Under the pieces are notes generated by a model that was not told the DNA's origin, searched no databases, and saw nothing but the letters and a program-made list of their open reading frames with translations. A program made the translations under genes and the position numbers. Positions 1-12,700 of a DNA stretch of 64,000 nucleotides are shown here, piece after piece. This DNA comes from Antedon mediterranea (Eukaryota; Animalia; Echinodermata), in assembly GCF_964355755.1 (NCBI RefSeq), contig NC_092677.1, positions 26,213,175 to 26,277,174 on the forward strand. Direction: 5' to 3'. Position 1 is the first letter of the stretch. The number at the start of each line of letters is the position of its first letter.

Positions 1-24
1 TTGGTGTCAATCAAGGCCTTAGTT

Positions 25-117
25 GGAAAACCTCTCGAAAAAATCTGTAAAAGCAGTAGCTGATAAAAACTACTTAAAAAATTGCAAAATGGTCGTCGGG
101 TTTCCAAAATGTATAAT
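25..117. repeat. Fragment of a palindromic dispersed repeat, same family as 7081-7235
   Basis: CTCTCGAAAAAATCTGTAAAAGCAGTAGCTGATAAAAACTACTTAAAAAATTG...TTTCCAAAATGT closely matches 7150-7232. Confidence 0.65.
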
Positions 118-137
118 ATTCAGTTTTTTTTTTGTAG

Positions 138-2090
138 ACAGGAGCAAGTAAACAAGTATTACATTTCCACTATACAAAATGGCCAGACTTTGGGGTACCT
201 CAATCGCCTGCAGCTTTCCTATGCTTCTTAGCGGCTGTGAGAGACAAAGGTGGTATGAATATCAACGACAGCCCACCTGTAGTCCACTGCAGTGCAGGTG
301 TTGGCAGGTCTGGCAGCTTTTGTCTGGTGGATACCTGTTTGGCCATTGTAAGTATTTTGGTTGAGAACTCAATATATTTTCCTATCCATCATTGTATGAA
401 TGATCACTTTAGAATCACTGGATACGATTTTTATTTCCTGTTTGGCCATTGCATAGAGGTTGCTACACTTTGTGACAAAAAAAATGTGAGGTGCTCATAT
501 ATGGACATGATGATATGTCATATCACTACCATATTTTGGAATATCACTAGCATATTTGGCACATCACACTTCAATTTAGTGTGGACAGAGCTTTATCGAA
601 AAGAGAAAAATTGAACTGGGTTATTAATGTGATATTATTTGTATTCTAGATTGAAAAGGATGGTGATTTCAATGATGTAGACGTGATGTCGATTTTACTA
701 GACATGAGGAGAGATCGGATGGGGTTAATTCAAACCCCCGCACAGCTTAGGTTTTCATACTTGGCAGTTTTAGAAGGAGCGCATGCTGTTTTAGAACATA
801 TACCTCTTAGTACATTAGTTGAAAAAGTAAGTTTAAATGTTTGATTAACTAGTTCTAGTTGTTTGATGTTTGATTAACTAGTTCTTGTACTAGTTCTCAA
901 TTTTATTTATCTTCAAAAGAGGTCTCATCTAAAACGCCCTCTAATATTGTTTTTCTCTCAATTAGGATGATTTACCTACAAATCCGCCACCTGTACCACC
1001 TAGGCAAACAAAACGACCACATTCACCAGATGACACTGATATCGGGGCAGGTGGAAAGTGAGTACTTTATCAAGGTCTACACGTTAATTGAATATCGAAA
1101 CGTGGCAGGCTGAAGGCGCTTGACCTTTGACAAGATCGCCTAAATTTTTAATATATTAACTTTACAATACTTAGTATTCTGGTACAGCCGCTCCATAATC
1201 TCTTTGCTTTTCTTCCTTATATCTATATTTTTTAATTTATACTAACAAATATCTTTTATTAATATAATAATAATAATATATCAAAAATTTATTAAATAAT
1301 ATTCATCGCATAATATGCAATCTACGATAATTTAATTAATTGATATAACAAATTTATTAAATACATAACATCATTGGAATAAAAGAACAAATCACATATC
1401 TACACATAATCATAACATCGTATACTCTATCTCTAACAATTTTTTCAATCTTCTATCGACTAAGGCTTCTATGAATGGATGTACTGGTTGGGAGCAGGAA
1501 CGCTAGTAGACCAAACCCAGTACCGTTTTGATTACGATCAATCGGGAAATTACCTCATGACGCTATAAAATATTTATTTGCCAGGACATTAATAATAACT
1601 CCTTGTTTTTTAAATTATATATTTTTTTTACCTATTAATGATTGTACATCATCAAAATTGTTTGCAATTGTCTAATTCGATTGAGACTTTTATCATTGCG
1701 TACAGTTTTTCCGTTGAGTTTTTATTTAACAGAGCGTTGAGCTTGTGTTGTCAACGTTTTCTATTCGAAATTCGAATACAAAAAGTACTCAACGAATCTT
1801 GATGTTGACAATGAAAGTTCCAATTCGAATACGACAAATTCTTTTTATTTTTCGTAAATGTTTATAAAATTGATGTTTTTTCTTCTAATCTTTTTTGACG
1901 TAGTGCATCTGTCGTCAGGAAAAGACTACGAGATGAAAAAAATCAAGCGTTGAAAGACAAGGTGGAGAGAATGAAAGATAAACAACGAAAGAGTGAAAAG
2001 AAGAAGAAAGACAAATCAATACTAAAGTATGTTGGGGTTGGGGTAGGCCTTTTAGTTGGCGCCCTCCTTGTATACAAATGGTATTATTGA
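138..2090 (+). CDS. PTPN1/2: Non-receptor protein tyrosine phosphatase, PTP1B/TC-PTP (PTPN1/PTPN2) family; 3' part, gene starts upstream of the window
   Basis: Four GT-AG exons with consistent phase: 138-347 ([19 protein letters not shown] loop; [12 protein letters not shown] catalytic motif), 650-826 ([20 protein letters not shown] loop), 966-1057 (PPPVPPR proline-rich), 1904-2090 (basic RKRLRDEK...KSEKKKK, hydrophobic tail [23 protein letters not shown]). The layout matches TC-PTP/PTP1B/PTP61F. Confidence 0.93.
463..594 (-). mobile_element. MITE family A (Tourist/PIF-Harbinger-like), partial copy
   Basis: Shares the core TGTGA(T/G)GTGC.CATATATGGACATGATG...ATATCACTACCATATTT and the terminus GTG(T/G)GACAGAGCT|TTA with copies at 5315, 9222, 13637 and 18381. 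Confidence 0.7.
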
Positions 2091-2804
2091 CAGTGGAGGA
2101 ACAAATGCACACACAAACAACACATTCCATTAAAAAGGATGTACAGCAATGAATGCTGTGAAATTAAATTGTGTTTAAGAATTTGTAGAATGTCCATAAG
2201 GGGCTGCTGACAAATATTTTGACCAATTTCTGTCCGTTTGAGCTGACCATTTAGTCAGAATATTTTGTTACAGTTTCTTATAGTCCATATAAACCGAACG
2301 GTTTTGACGAAATTTAACGATTATTGTATTTTTTTAAAAAGAATATTATATGTTTATTCTACCTCAAATTTATTTTCACAATGGTCACATAAATTGGTGC
2401 GGAATATTGTCTGTTGATGCGTGATAATGTAGTCGGTCACTTTGTAGTTTAGACTATGTGTCGGATAATAGATTCGTGCGTTGTACGCCCATTACTTACT
2501 TGTGGTTTAGTCTAGTGTGATCATTTTCAATTTCTCTTTATAAACATAAATTCAATTTAACTGGTGCTCAGTTTGCAGTTAACTGAAGACATTTTTATGC
2601 AACTTGTTAATTTACAGTGCTTATCACATGTCAGTTAATTATTAAACATGGTGTGAATTTTAATATTTTACAAATATGTAGCACACATGGTCAGGTACCG
2701 ACATAGTGGGACAAACACTTTTTTTTAAAAGGTTGTTTTACGATGATTATATCCCTCTCGACTCTTACAAAAAAAAAATAATTGACTAAATAGAATTTAA
2801 ATAC

Positions 2805-3118
2805 TTAAAAATATATTGTCTCTCTAATTTTTTTTTTTCAATTTTTTTTTAATATGCCATTTTAATGTCACATAATAGTTATTCACTTTGACAAAACACT
2901 GGATCGAAAAAAAAATCATTTACCTGAAAAAAAATGTAATTTAAAGCAAAGAATAAATTGTCTGTCAGACAGTGGTTTTTGGTTAAAATTCAATGTTTCT
3001 GTTTGTAAGTGAAATAATCTTTTTTTTTTGTGAATAACTTCAATAAAGTGGCCTATTTAATTATTTTAATTTTAATAATCTTTATTTTTCATATTTTTTG
3101 GAGACAATACATTTTTAA
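2805..3118 (+). mobile_element. MITE family C with TTAA flanks (Kolobok-like), copy 1
   Basis: TTAA-AAATATATTGTCTC...GAGACAATACATTT-TTAA. The internal sequence is shared with 5675-6022 (inverted) and 13161-13447. Confidence 0.7.
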
Positions 3119-4386
3119 AGATAGAACTTCTAAAGTTGACATCAAGTGGTTGAGACATGTGTCATTTTTTCGCTCCACCGTTGCACCAAATTTATCCCAC
3201 TAATCTTGTTTACGCACCAAGATTCTATGAAATTTAAAACACTTCTGTTTATATTTTACTTTTTGAAATTTATTTCTATGTTTTGTGTTGTTTTTATATG
3301 CGTCGTATTTACATTTTTTTATGCTGTTGTTTTGATGAGATTATGTATAACCATACTAACTTCACTAGTGTCCGGATTCCTGTCGGTGCTCTAGTCAGAA
3401 CGGAACACTCTGTGTTTATTACTTGAATTTTAAATAGATTACATCCTATCTGTATTTAATTATTCTTACAATTTTCTAAGCATATCTATATCTATCTATA
3501 TCTTTATATAATATCAAAATTATGATTAATAATTATGAAATAAAATAATAGATTTTGTATCTAAGATTTTTTTTTGTACTGAATTCAATCAAATATTTTA
3601 AAATGTGTGTGAATAGGAGTTACGATTTCTGTGTAAACTACAATTTAATACTGTATATTCATGTGTCAAGTAAAGAGTGCATTCATCTGGACGTCTAAGG
3701 TTATGTTTGTGTCATTGGCCGTAAAAAATTAAATTAATCCCGATTTTAAAAATCTAGTTAAAACTGTTTCTGATATGAATTAATTCTATTTGATTGTTAA
3801 TTTACTTATATAAAAAGTTGTATTCACTTGAAGAATTTATTAATTTTAAGGATCGCGTGATTGGTGAGTACGTTCATAGGAGTTTATAGTTGCCACGGTA
3901 ATGAAAGCAGTGACAGTCACATTATAACAGTTAAGATGACAAAACCTGCAAGAGCAGAAGTGACCCTAACCGACAATCAACAGAGATCAAATTACACATG
4001 AATTCACAAAGCATGAATTCACAAAGTCTCAAAAGAAATAGATAACTAATGTAGTGGTATGTAGAGGGCGTGCTCAAGAGTCATATCACATTTGCGGGTT
4101 TTCTCGTCTTCAGCTTTTACTTAAAATCAAATTTTTGTTGTATTCATTATAATCTAAAGTTATTTAAAAAATTATTATTTGCGTATTATAAACGATGTTT
4201 TCTCTCACCCCGTTTCTTTTTTTGTATCCACACAGAAAAGAAAGCAGGGTAGTAGCAAAGAAGTAAAAACCAGATAGCATTTCCTGATATATGTACTGGA
4301 ATTAGTCAATGTGGCCAAATAAGCCCCTCTACCTTTTTTCACAAATATATGTACTGTAGTATAGTCTGCATTATCATTATTATCAA

Positions 4387-4566
4387 AGTGGCGTAACGGC
4401 TATGAGCGCTCACTGACTAAACCCAGGGGCCCCTGAGCAGTACCCAGCGGAAATAACAGGCATTAAAATATGTTGAAAAATGCTAAAAACACCCAAGGCC
4501 TCCAGCGTTGGAAGGCCACTTAGGGTTCTTAAACCAGGGGTTTCAGGCCTCTGTGTTACGCCACTG
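4387..4566 (+). mobile_element. MITE family D with (C)AGTGGCGTAAC...GTTACGCCACTG TIRs (hAT-like)
   Basis: Terminal inverted repeats are visible. A reverse-oriented copy lies at 14898-15043 and a related copy at 10853-11174. No clear 8-bp TSD. Confidence 0.7.
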
Positions 4567-5314
4567 ATAAGCAGTGCATTCTGTTGTTGTTCATCGTCTA
4601 ATATTATACGATTTTAGAATCAAATTTGTACGCTTTGGTTTGTGACTTGAGTTAATAACGCCACAAAGGTGCACGTTACGCCAGCCTCGTGGCTGATGTG
4701 TCTTTTCAACGCCCATTAACTTTGTTCTATTTTCAAAGCGACATGTTTCTGTATTAAAATTCACGATTACCACCTTAATGATCAAAACGTTTAGATAACT
4801 GAAATCCGAGAAATATATTTTGTGATATCATTTTAACAAATTGTTATTTGCATGTACATTTTACAGAAAAAAAATAGGTTAAACATTATTTATAATAAGT
4901 GACATGATGGTTTATAATATACTGTACAAATATTGTTATGGCATAGAATTGGTTTTCAATCTGTTTTTAAGTTTCATCAAATTGAAATTATATTGGTAAA
5001 CACACACATATTTTGTTATATTATTTTAAATACACACTTGTTGTATGTATAAATAATCCAACCTAGAGGAACGTATACTTGTTGGCCTTTAGCGTGTCAT
5101 ACATGACCCATTATGCGTGGGAGTCACAAAATCCATTAAGGTCACATCTATAATGTTTTGTTGGTTGTTTTGCACTTGACTTAGACCAGAAATAATGGCA
5201 TTACCAAGAATTTGCAAATGTTTTTTTCCTTTCAATTCTTATTTTCTAAACAATATTAACATTGGATTTTATTCAAAAGATTGTTATGTTTATGAACGTT
5301 TACCACTGCAATTC

Positions 5315-5461
5315 TAAAGCTCTGTCTACACTATCAAACTAGTTCGACAAAAAAAAGTGTGATGTGCCCAAATATGGTAGTGATATGGTCAAATATGGTA
5401 GCGATATGATATCATCATGTCCATATATGGGCACATCACATTTTTTTGTCGCATAAAGTTT
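5315..5461 (+). mobile_element. MITE family A copy
   Basis: TAA|AGCTCTGTCTACACTATCAAACTAG terminus, two internal 21-bp units CCAAATATGGTAGTGATATG, and an inverted TGTGATGTGCCC/GGGCACATCACA pair. Confidence 0.75.
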
Positions 5462-5674
5462 AACTTAATTAAAATTTAGTTCTTGCTGATCTTTAATAAG
5501 TAAAAAATTATGTTAATAATTCACAGATTATGTAATAAAGTGAGTTTGTTTTCTACTTTGATCATTGTGTTTTTAACTGTTTAATGTTTGGCACCTACCA
5601 TACGTGTAATACACAATGTGTGCAGCAACAAAAGGTAATACGTAATTTTCATAAAACAATCATAAAATTATCAA

Positions 5675-6022
5675 TTAAAGATGTATTGTCTCCCAAAAAA
5701 AACCATGAAAAATGAAGTTTAATTAAATTAGACCTTGAACACGTTTAATTGTAGTTTATCACTTCCGTCGAAAAAAAAAATGTTTTCACGTATAAAATGA
5801 CAAAATAAATGTTTAAATTTAACAAAAAAACTGTTGGCTAGCTGCCAATGTTTTCACAAAATAACTATTTTTTTGCTTTAAATTACAGTTTTTTCAGGTA
5901 AATACATTTTTTTTTTATCCAATTTTTGGTCAAAGTGGATAACTATTATGTGACATTAAAATGGCATATTCAACAAAAATTTGTTACAGAATTATTTTGT
6001 CTGGGGGACAATGTATCTTTAA
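5675..6022 (-). mobile_element. MITE family C (TTAA TSD, AG...CT termini; Kolobok-like), copy 2
   Basis: TTAA|AGATGTATTGTCTCCC...GGGGGACAATGTATCT|TTAA. The body is the reverse complement of 2805-3118. Confidence 0.75.
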
Positions 6023-6088
6023 GATAATTTCAATAATTGCATACGTATCACATTTAAATGCCCTGGATTTAACGCTTGACTGCACAAA

Positions 6089-6105
6089 CACGTGGGTGAC
6101 GTCAC
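6089..6105. promoter_or_regulatory. Candidate OPLAH promoter motifs: E-box CACGTG next to a full CRE palindrome GTGACGTCAC
   Basis: CACGTG at 6089-6094 and TGACGTCA at 6097-6104. A GTAAGT donor at 6317 and an acceptor at 6709, just before the ATG, suggest a non-coding first exon nearby. Confidence 0.45.
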
Positions 6106-6712
6106 GATGATTAAGCAGATGTTTTGTAAACATAAAAAAACTGCACTGGATGGATGCGGTTTGATTTACGAAAGAAAAGATCAGCAAAAATCAGTATGTC
6201 ACTTGTAGTATATAAACAAATTTAAAAGCTGGTTGTATTTATTAATGTGATACACTGGTTTGCAGGCGTCTAAGCAAGTAATAACTGGCATTAAATCATT
6301 AATCAGTTCCTTGTCAGTAAGTTAGTTTTAGGCCTAGGGCTAGGCCTAGACTGAGCTAAGTTTTGTTAGGTAGGCCCCTACCAGCAGAGAGAAGTACGGT
6401 GTAGCCTAAACAGTACAGGTGCTACTACCCTAAGTTAGTTGACAATCCGATTTCGGTGTATGTATATAGGTTGAGGCTGCCTAGGAATAATAAGTGTATA
6501 TATGCTCCAACGTTCTTGCAAACTTATATATATTTTGCTTTTAGCCATTAATAATAATAATTATTAGGCCTAGGGCCTACATACTTTTTTTTGTTAAAAT
6601 ACTTCTATTATTTAATATTATGATGACGCACTAAATGTGTGCAAGAATGTATTTTTTTTTTAAATGCTTTTGAAATATTATTTAAGTACTTAATTATATT
6701 TTTTTTCAGATA

Positions 6713-9700
6713 ATGTTTGGGAAATTTCAATTTGCGATTGATCGTGGTGGTACGTTTACAGATGTCTGGGCCAAGTGTCCAAACGGAAAGATGCGTGTAA
6801 TGAAGCTTTTATCAGTTGATCCCAGCAACTATCCTGATGCACCAAGGGAAGGGATTCGCCGTATCCTTGAACAGGTCAGGTGACTTGCTTGCCTCGTTTC
6901 TATTTCATTTAACCTTTTCATTCTGTTGACCTTTTCATTCTCTACTGATTATAATATTTTATACATTAAATCAAATATACTCATCACATATTCATAAAAA
7001 ATGTACAATATAATGGATATAGGCAGTTAAGAGATTTTAAAAAATGAGGTTGAAAAAAGTCTGAAATAAAAATTGTAATAACAATTTTTTAATAGTTTAT
7101 ATCAGCCTCTGCTTTTACAGATTTTTTCGAGGCACCGAAGTTGGAGAAGCTCTCGAAAAAATCCTTAAAAGCAGAGGCTGATATAAACTAATTAAAAAAT
7201 TGTAAACAATTTGGCGTATTTCCAAAATGTGTAATAAAAATGTTTTACATCCTACAAACTAACCACAAATTATTTGTAAAATAGAAGTTTTTCTACAATT
7301 ATCAAAGATCACTTTTATAATTTTAATTTAGGTCTTTAAATTTAATGAACTACAGTTTCAGTTTTTATTACCTTTTTACAGTGACAACTTATTAATGTAA
7401 TTTATTTTATAGTGTGATTTTTATGTGCGTGATGTTAATTTTTGTGTCAATCAATTTATTTGGAACACAGAAATACTGATGAATCCATACTGACAGAATG
7501 CCTCAACATAATGATTAAATGTGATGGTACAATTAATTTACAATATTAATATTGAAAAAAAAAAAAAAAAAATAAAAACAAATTTACTGACTGATGGAAG
7601 ATGTAATTATCCTGTAATAACAGTCATTAATATACAGTACAGTAACACCAGTCTGGTATTTTAAAACTTTTAAAACCTTTTAGATCTTGTTAAAAATGAA
7701 ACAAATTTTTTTTTTTTTTGGATGTTGAAATATATAAGCTGTATTTTAAATTTTAATGATTTATATAATAATGTTATTTTTTAAGAGGTTGTGATAAAAT
7801 GCTTATTATAATCTAATTTGTTTTTTATTTATATTTTTTAATGTTGTATTTTTGATGTTTTAATATATAAATGTATAAACAGTTAAAATATTTAAATATA
7901 TTTTTATATAAAAATCCAAAAATGTTTAAATAAATTTAACTACCTTTTTAATAGATTTATTGTTTAACTGCATCCATATTTTTATATCTACTTTGTATAA
8001 ATAACTTTTTGTCTGTCTTGATGTGTTTATGTATTAAAGCGCTTTTGAGCATGTTTTTTAATGAAAATGGCACTATATAAATGTGATATATGATTATTAT
8101 TAAATGTGGGTGATGCATCCAAAAGGAGAAAGAAAGATTGTAAGTAAATTTGTACAGTATCAATCCTTGCTAATATAAATAATATTTGTTGTTTTACAGG
8201 AGACTGGAACGCTGTACCCCGCAAACGAACCTCTTGACACATCTCTTATCGAATGGATCCGCATGGGAACAACCGTCGCAACCAATGCGCTACTGGAACG
8301 CAAGGGGGAACGAACCGCTTTAGCCATTACAAAAGGTTTTAAAGATTTACTATACATTGGAAATCAAGCTCGTCCTAATATATTTGACCTTGTAAGTTTA
8401 AAGGTTATATTTTAAATGTCATTTTATTCAATAGCTTTTCTAACTCAGTGAGCTTTCCAGTTTTTTATATTTAGTTTATATGAGTTTTTGCGGTAGTACA
8501 AAAATGGTTTAATATTTCACACTGTTGTAAAATTTCTTAATTGTAGGAGATTGTGACGCCAGAAATGATTTATGAGGACGTAGTTGAGGTCGACGAACGT
8601 GTTTATCTTCAACAAGATCGATGTCGGCTTCCAAAACCAGATGGATTGAAGACTGTTGCAGGAATAACAGGCGAAAAGGTAAAGAAACATCAATGAACAA
8701 TGTGGTGGGTCACAGAATTAGGTTCCCACTGGAATGTAATGCAGCGACCTATCGATACAAAGTGTTGTATTGCGTAATAACAAGTAGGAACCGACGACGT
8801 ATCAGTGCTGTAAACATTGCTACGGGAAATCAAATCAGTTTGATTTCACGCAGCAACACAAAGGCAAAAGAACACAGGAAAACATAGTACAGCGCTTACT
8901 TAAAAGTACGTGGGGTGAACCATGTCAAAGTCTACATCATGCTACCGTTGATGCGCAACAAGCAGGTTTGATTTCACGCAGGCGGGAGCAAACACAATTA
9001 TTGGAACGGCATTTGCTTATGTTGCGTAGGTTGTGTTACGTTGCGTCGCAAGTGGGAACCAAGCTTAACTATTCTTGTACAAAGTTAGTACCCTTTTATT
9101 ATGGAGACATCTTCAAGACCCAACAAAGTACTCTCTTGTTAAATTGCCCTTCATATTTTCATGGGTAAGTGTCCTGTTATTAGTTGTGGCCTTTTAATAG
9201 GCATGTCCCAAAAGAGAGTGTTTGTCTACACTATCAAACTTTGTGACAAAAAATGTGATGTGCCCATATATTGACATGATGATGTCATATCACTACCATA
9301 TTTGGGTATATCACTACCATATTTAGGCACATCCCACTTTTTTGTCAGTTTGATAGTGTTTTCTTATTATTTATTGCAGGTTGAGATTCAAAAGGAGATT
9401 GATGAGGCTGAACTGCGTGCTAATTTGACAGAGGTTTTCAAGAAAGGTATCAAAAGCCTGGCTGTTGCTCTAATTCACTCCTACATGTAAGGACCTGTGT
9501 ATTTTAATTGTTTAGAAATAAGTTCTATCATTAAGATTTGTGTATGATCACAATCATCATCATCTTAATCAGTTTATTATCACAATCATCATCATCTTAA
9601 TCAGTTTATGCTCACAATCATCTTCATCTTAATCAGTTGATGATCACAGTCATCATCATCTTAATAAGTTTATGATCACAATCATGTTAATCAGTTTATG

Positions 9701-12700
9701 ATCACAATCATCATCATCTTATCTCTTTATTAATTCATAATAACATCATCTGGTATCATCAAGATCATTGTCATCAACATAGTTGTTAGCAGATAAACAT
9801 CAAGCCCTTGTCATCGTCATTGTTATCAATCGGGTGTCCTCAATGTTGTCAAATATTGTAATCTTGTAGTTATGATGGTCATGAGAAGGAAGTAGCAAGG
9901 ATTGCAAAAGAAGTAGGATTTACACACGTCTCTACCTCAAGTGATGTCATGCCAATGGTCAGGATGGTGCCAAGAGGCTACACAGGTATAACCTTTGACC
10001 TTCTAGACAGAGACAAAATGGCAAAAGGCTTCCTACATTCTAGGAGTTTTATCAGATAATCTATATTGTTTTGCCATTTTTCCCCTGACTGTAAAAGGAC
10101 GTGTGGTGCCTGTCACATTGCTTGTATCCTTAGGCAAGACACTTTACTTACGTTTGTCTTTGTCCACCCAAGTGTACAAATGGGTAACTTAAGGTCAAGA
10201 CACAATGTTAGGTGTTTTAATCCAGGATATATTATAGCTGCTTGGTCCCAGTATGAATTGTGTTTGAAATTGGCCAAATAAATATCATCATTATTTATCC
10301 TATTCCTTTATTAAAAAAGCTTGTTCGTAACAAAAATGTTTGATGTATTGTTTCCCCGATTTTTTCAATAATTAATTCCCGCTTTTTACCAAATTCTGAA
10401 TTGTCCTATATTTTCCTATTTTCAGCTTGTGCTGACGCTTACCTTACACCTTGCATAAAAGACTATCTTCAGAGTTTTGCGGCTGGATTTAAGTCTAACC
10501 TTGAAGGAGTAAGAGTTCTTTTTATGCAGTCTGATGGTGGACTCACTTCCATGGAAACGTAAGATATTTGTTTTTTATCAAATTTACAGTTGTTGCAATC
10601 AATACTGCAGTTGTTCTGCACCAATCTATTTGTACTGAATAACTGAATAATTTGTGTTCCACTTCTCAGATTTAATGGTGCCAGAGCAATACTTTCTGGA
10701 CCTGCAGGTGGAGTTGTAGGCTATGCCTTGACCACTTACAGCAAAGAGACCAGTCAACCGGTTATTGGATTCGACATGGGAGGTAGCTTAATTCTTAATT
10801 TGAAATATTTGTTGTATGCGAGGCTTTTTTTATGCTATAAATATTTTATTATCTGTGGTCGCTCACTGGCTAAAGGGACTCTAGAGCTTAAGGAGCCCCA
10901 GAGCTTAAGGGGCCCTAGAGCTTAAGGGGCCCCAGAGCTTAAGGGGCCCCAGAGCTTAAGGTGCCCCAGAGCTTAAGGAGCCTCAGAGCTTAAGGGGCCC
11001 TATAGCTTAAAGGGCCCCAGAGCTTAAAGGGCCCCATAGCTTAAGGGGCCCAGAGCTTAAGGGGCCCTAGAGCTTAAGGGGCCCTAGAGCAGGAGCAGCA
11101 CTAGAGCATGAGCGCTGGAGGGCCCTTTAAGAGTGCTAAACCAGGAGCTTTTTCCACCCGCATTGCGCCAACTGATAGAAAATGAAGGATTGGCAAAAGT
11201 TAGTATTTCACACACACTAATTTCTTAAATTCTGCAGGCACATCGACCGATGTTAGTCGTTATGCAGGCGAGTATGAACATGTATTTGAAACAACTACAG
11301 CTGGTATTAGTATACAAGCTCCACAGGTAAGCTGTCATCTTGTTTATGGTTACAAAATAATTATCAGATTTTAAACAAACTTCTGTTTCAAAATCGAACA
11401 GCACTGTGACCTCATGTTCTCACAGCTAGCCTTTAGTCACTACTGTGCTCACACAACGACTACTCTGCAATGACTATTTTTATTTATTTTGTTAATTTTT
11501 ATTTTTCCAAAAAAAAGGAGGGTTGACATACAAAAACAGAACGCATACAAATACAAAGAATAAATGCGTGAATAAAAAATATTAAAAATGACGAGTCTGA
11601 TATTTGACCATGCATAGCTGAACTATCACTACTGTATGTTGCTTTGCTTATAATAAGTATGTGTTTTCTTTTAGTTGGATATCAACACAGTAGCAGCAGG
11701 TGGAGGCTCCAGACTGTTCTTTCGTTCTGGCATGTTTGTAGTTGGACCAGATTCTGCAGGGGCACACCCAGGACCAACTTGTTACCGGAAAGGTAAAATT
11801 ATTAAAGTATTTAATGCATAAAACATCTGCTTAATTTAATAAAATATAACTGAATGTGTGTAAATGGGGACCAAAATAAAATTATCGCAGAGTCACAGAT
11901 TAAAATAAGAAATACAATAACAAAATATTCAATACAGGTGGTGAAGCAGTATTATCAATACAGGTGGTGTGTTTTACAGGTGTATTTGATTAGAAATAAT
12001 AAATGTTGTTTTACAGGTGGTCCACTTTGTGTGACTGATGCCAACCTTATTCTTGGTCGACTTCTGCCTGAACTTTTCCCCAAAATATTTGGACCAAATG
12101 AAGATGAAGAGTTGGACAAAAAGACATGTTTTAAGAATTTTGAAGATCTCACCAAAGAGGTACTTGTGATTGAATCTGTATTTTGTGTTTGTTAACTTTA
12201 GTGCCACGTAGATCAAATGTTTGTACCGTTCGTAATAAATGTTGAATTTGTACGGTTCGTAATAAACGATTTAATTTTGTTATTTGTCAAGATTAACAGT
12301 TTTAGAGCAGATAGCGACGGTGGTAAACAAATGACGGTAGAAGAGGTCGCCATGGGTTTCATTGACGTTGCAAACGAAGCAATGTGTCGACCAATTCGCA
12401 ATTTGACCCAGGCTAAAGGTCATGACACGTCGCGCCATATTCTAGCTTGTTTTGGAGGAGCAGGAGGTCAGCATGCTTGTGCAATAGCCCGGTCACTTGG
12501 AATGACCACTGTCTTTATTCACAAGTAAGTATGGCTACATTATTTATTCGTTCCACCAATCTAATGGTACAGTATATCCTTTTGTATGACGCGCCAATCT
12601 GTCATTTATTTAGGCAATAGAGATATCTTAGTTTTAAAATAGAGATAGCTTAGTTTTAAATAGAGATATCTTATCTTTGTTTTAAATAGAATATCTAATC

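Noticed and set aside
3146-6187. Short hydrophobic ORFs between the two genes (3146-3394, 4070-4252, 4591-4785, 5984-6187)
   Set aside because: Non-ATG starts or AT-rich compositional ORFs in probable UTR/intergenic DNA with no motif or exon support.
9093-9221. Possible further MITE remnants with GTGTCCC-like motifs (also ~17830-17945)
   Set aside because: Too degenerate to define ends or a family from this window alone.
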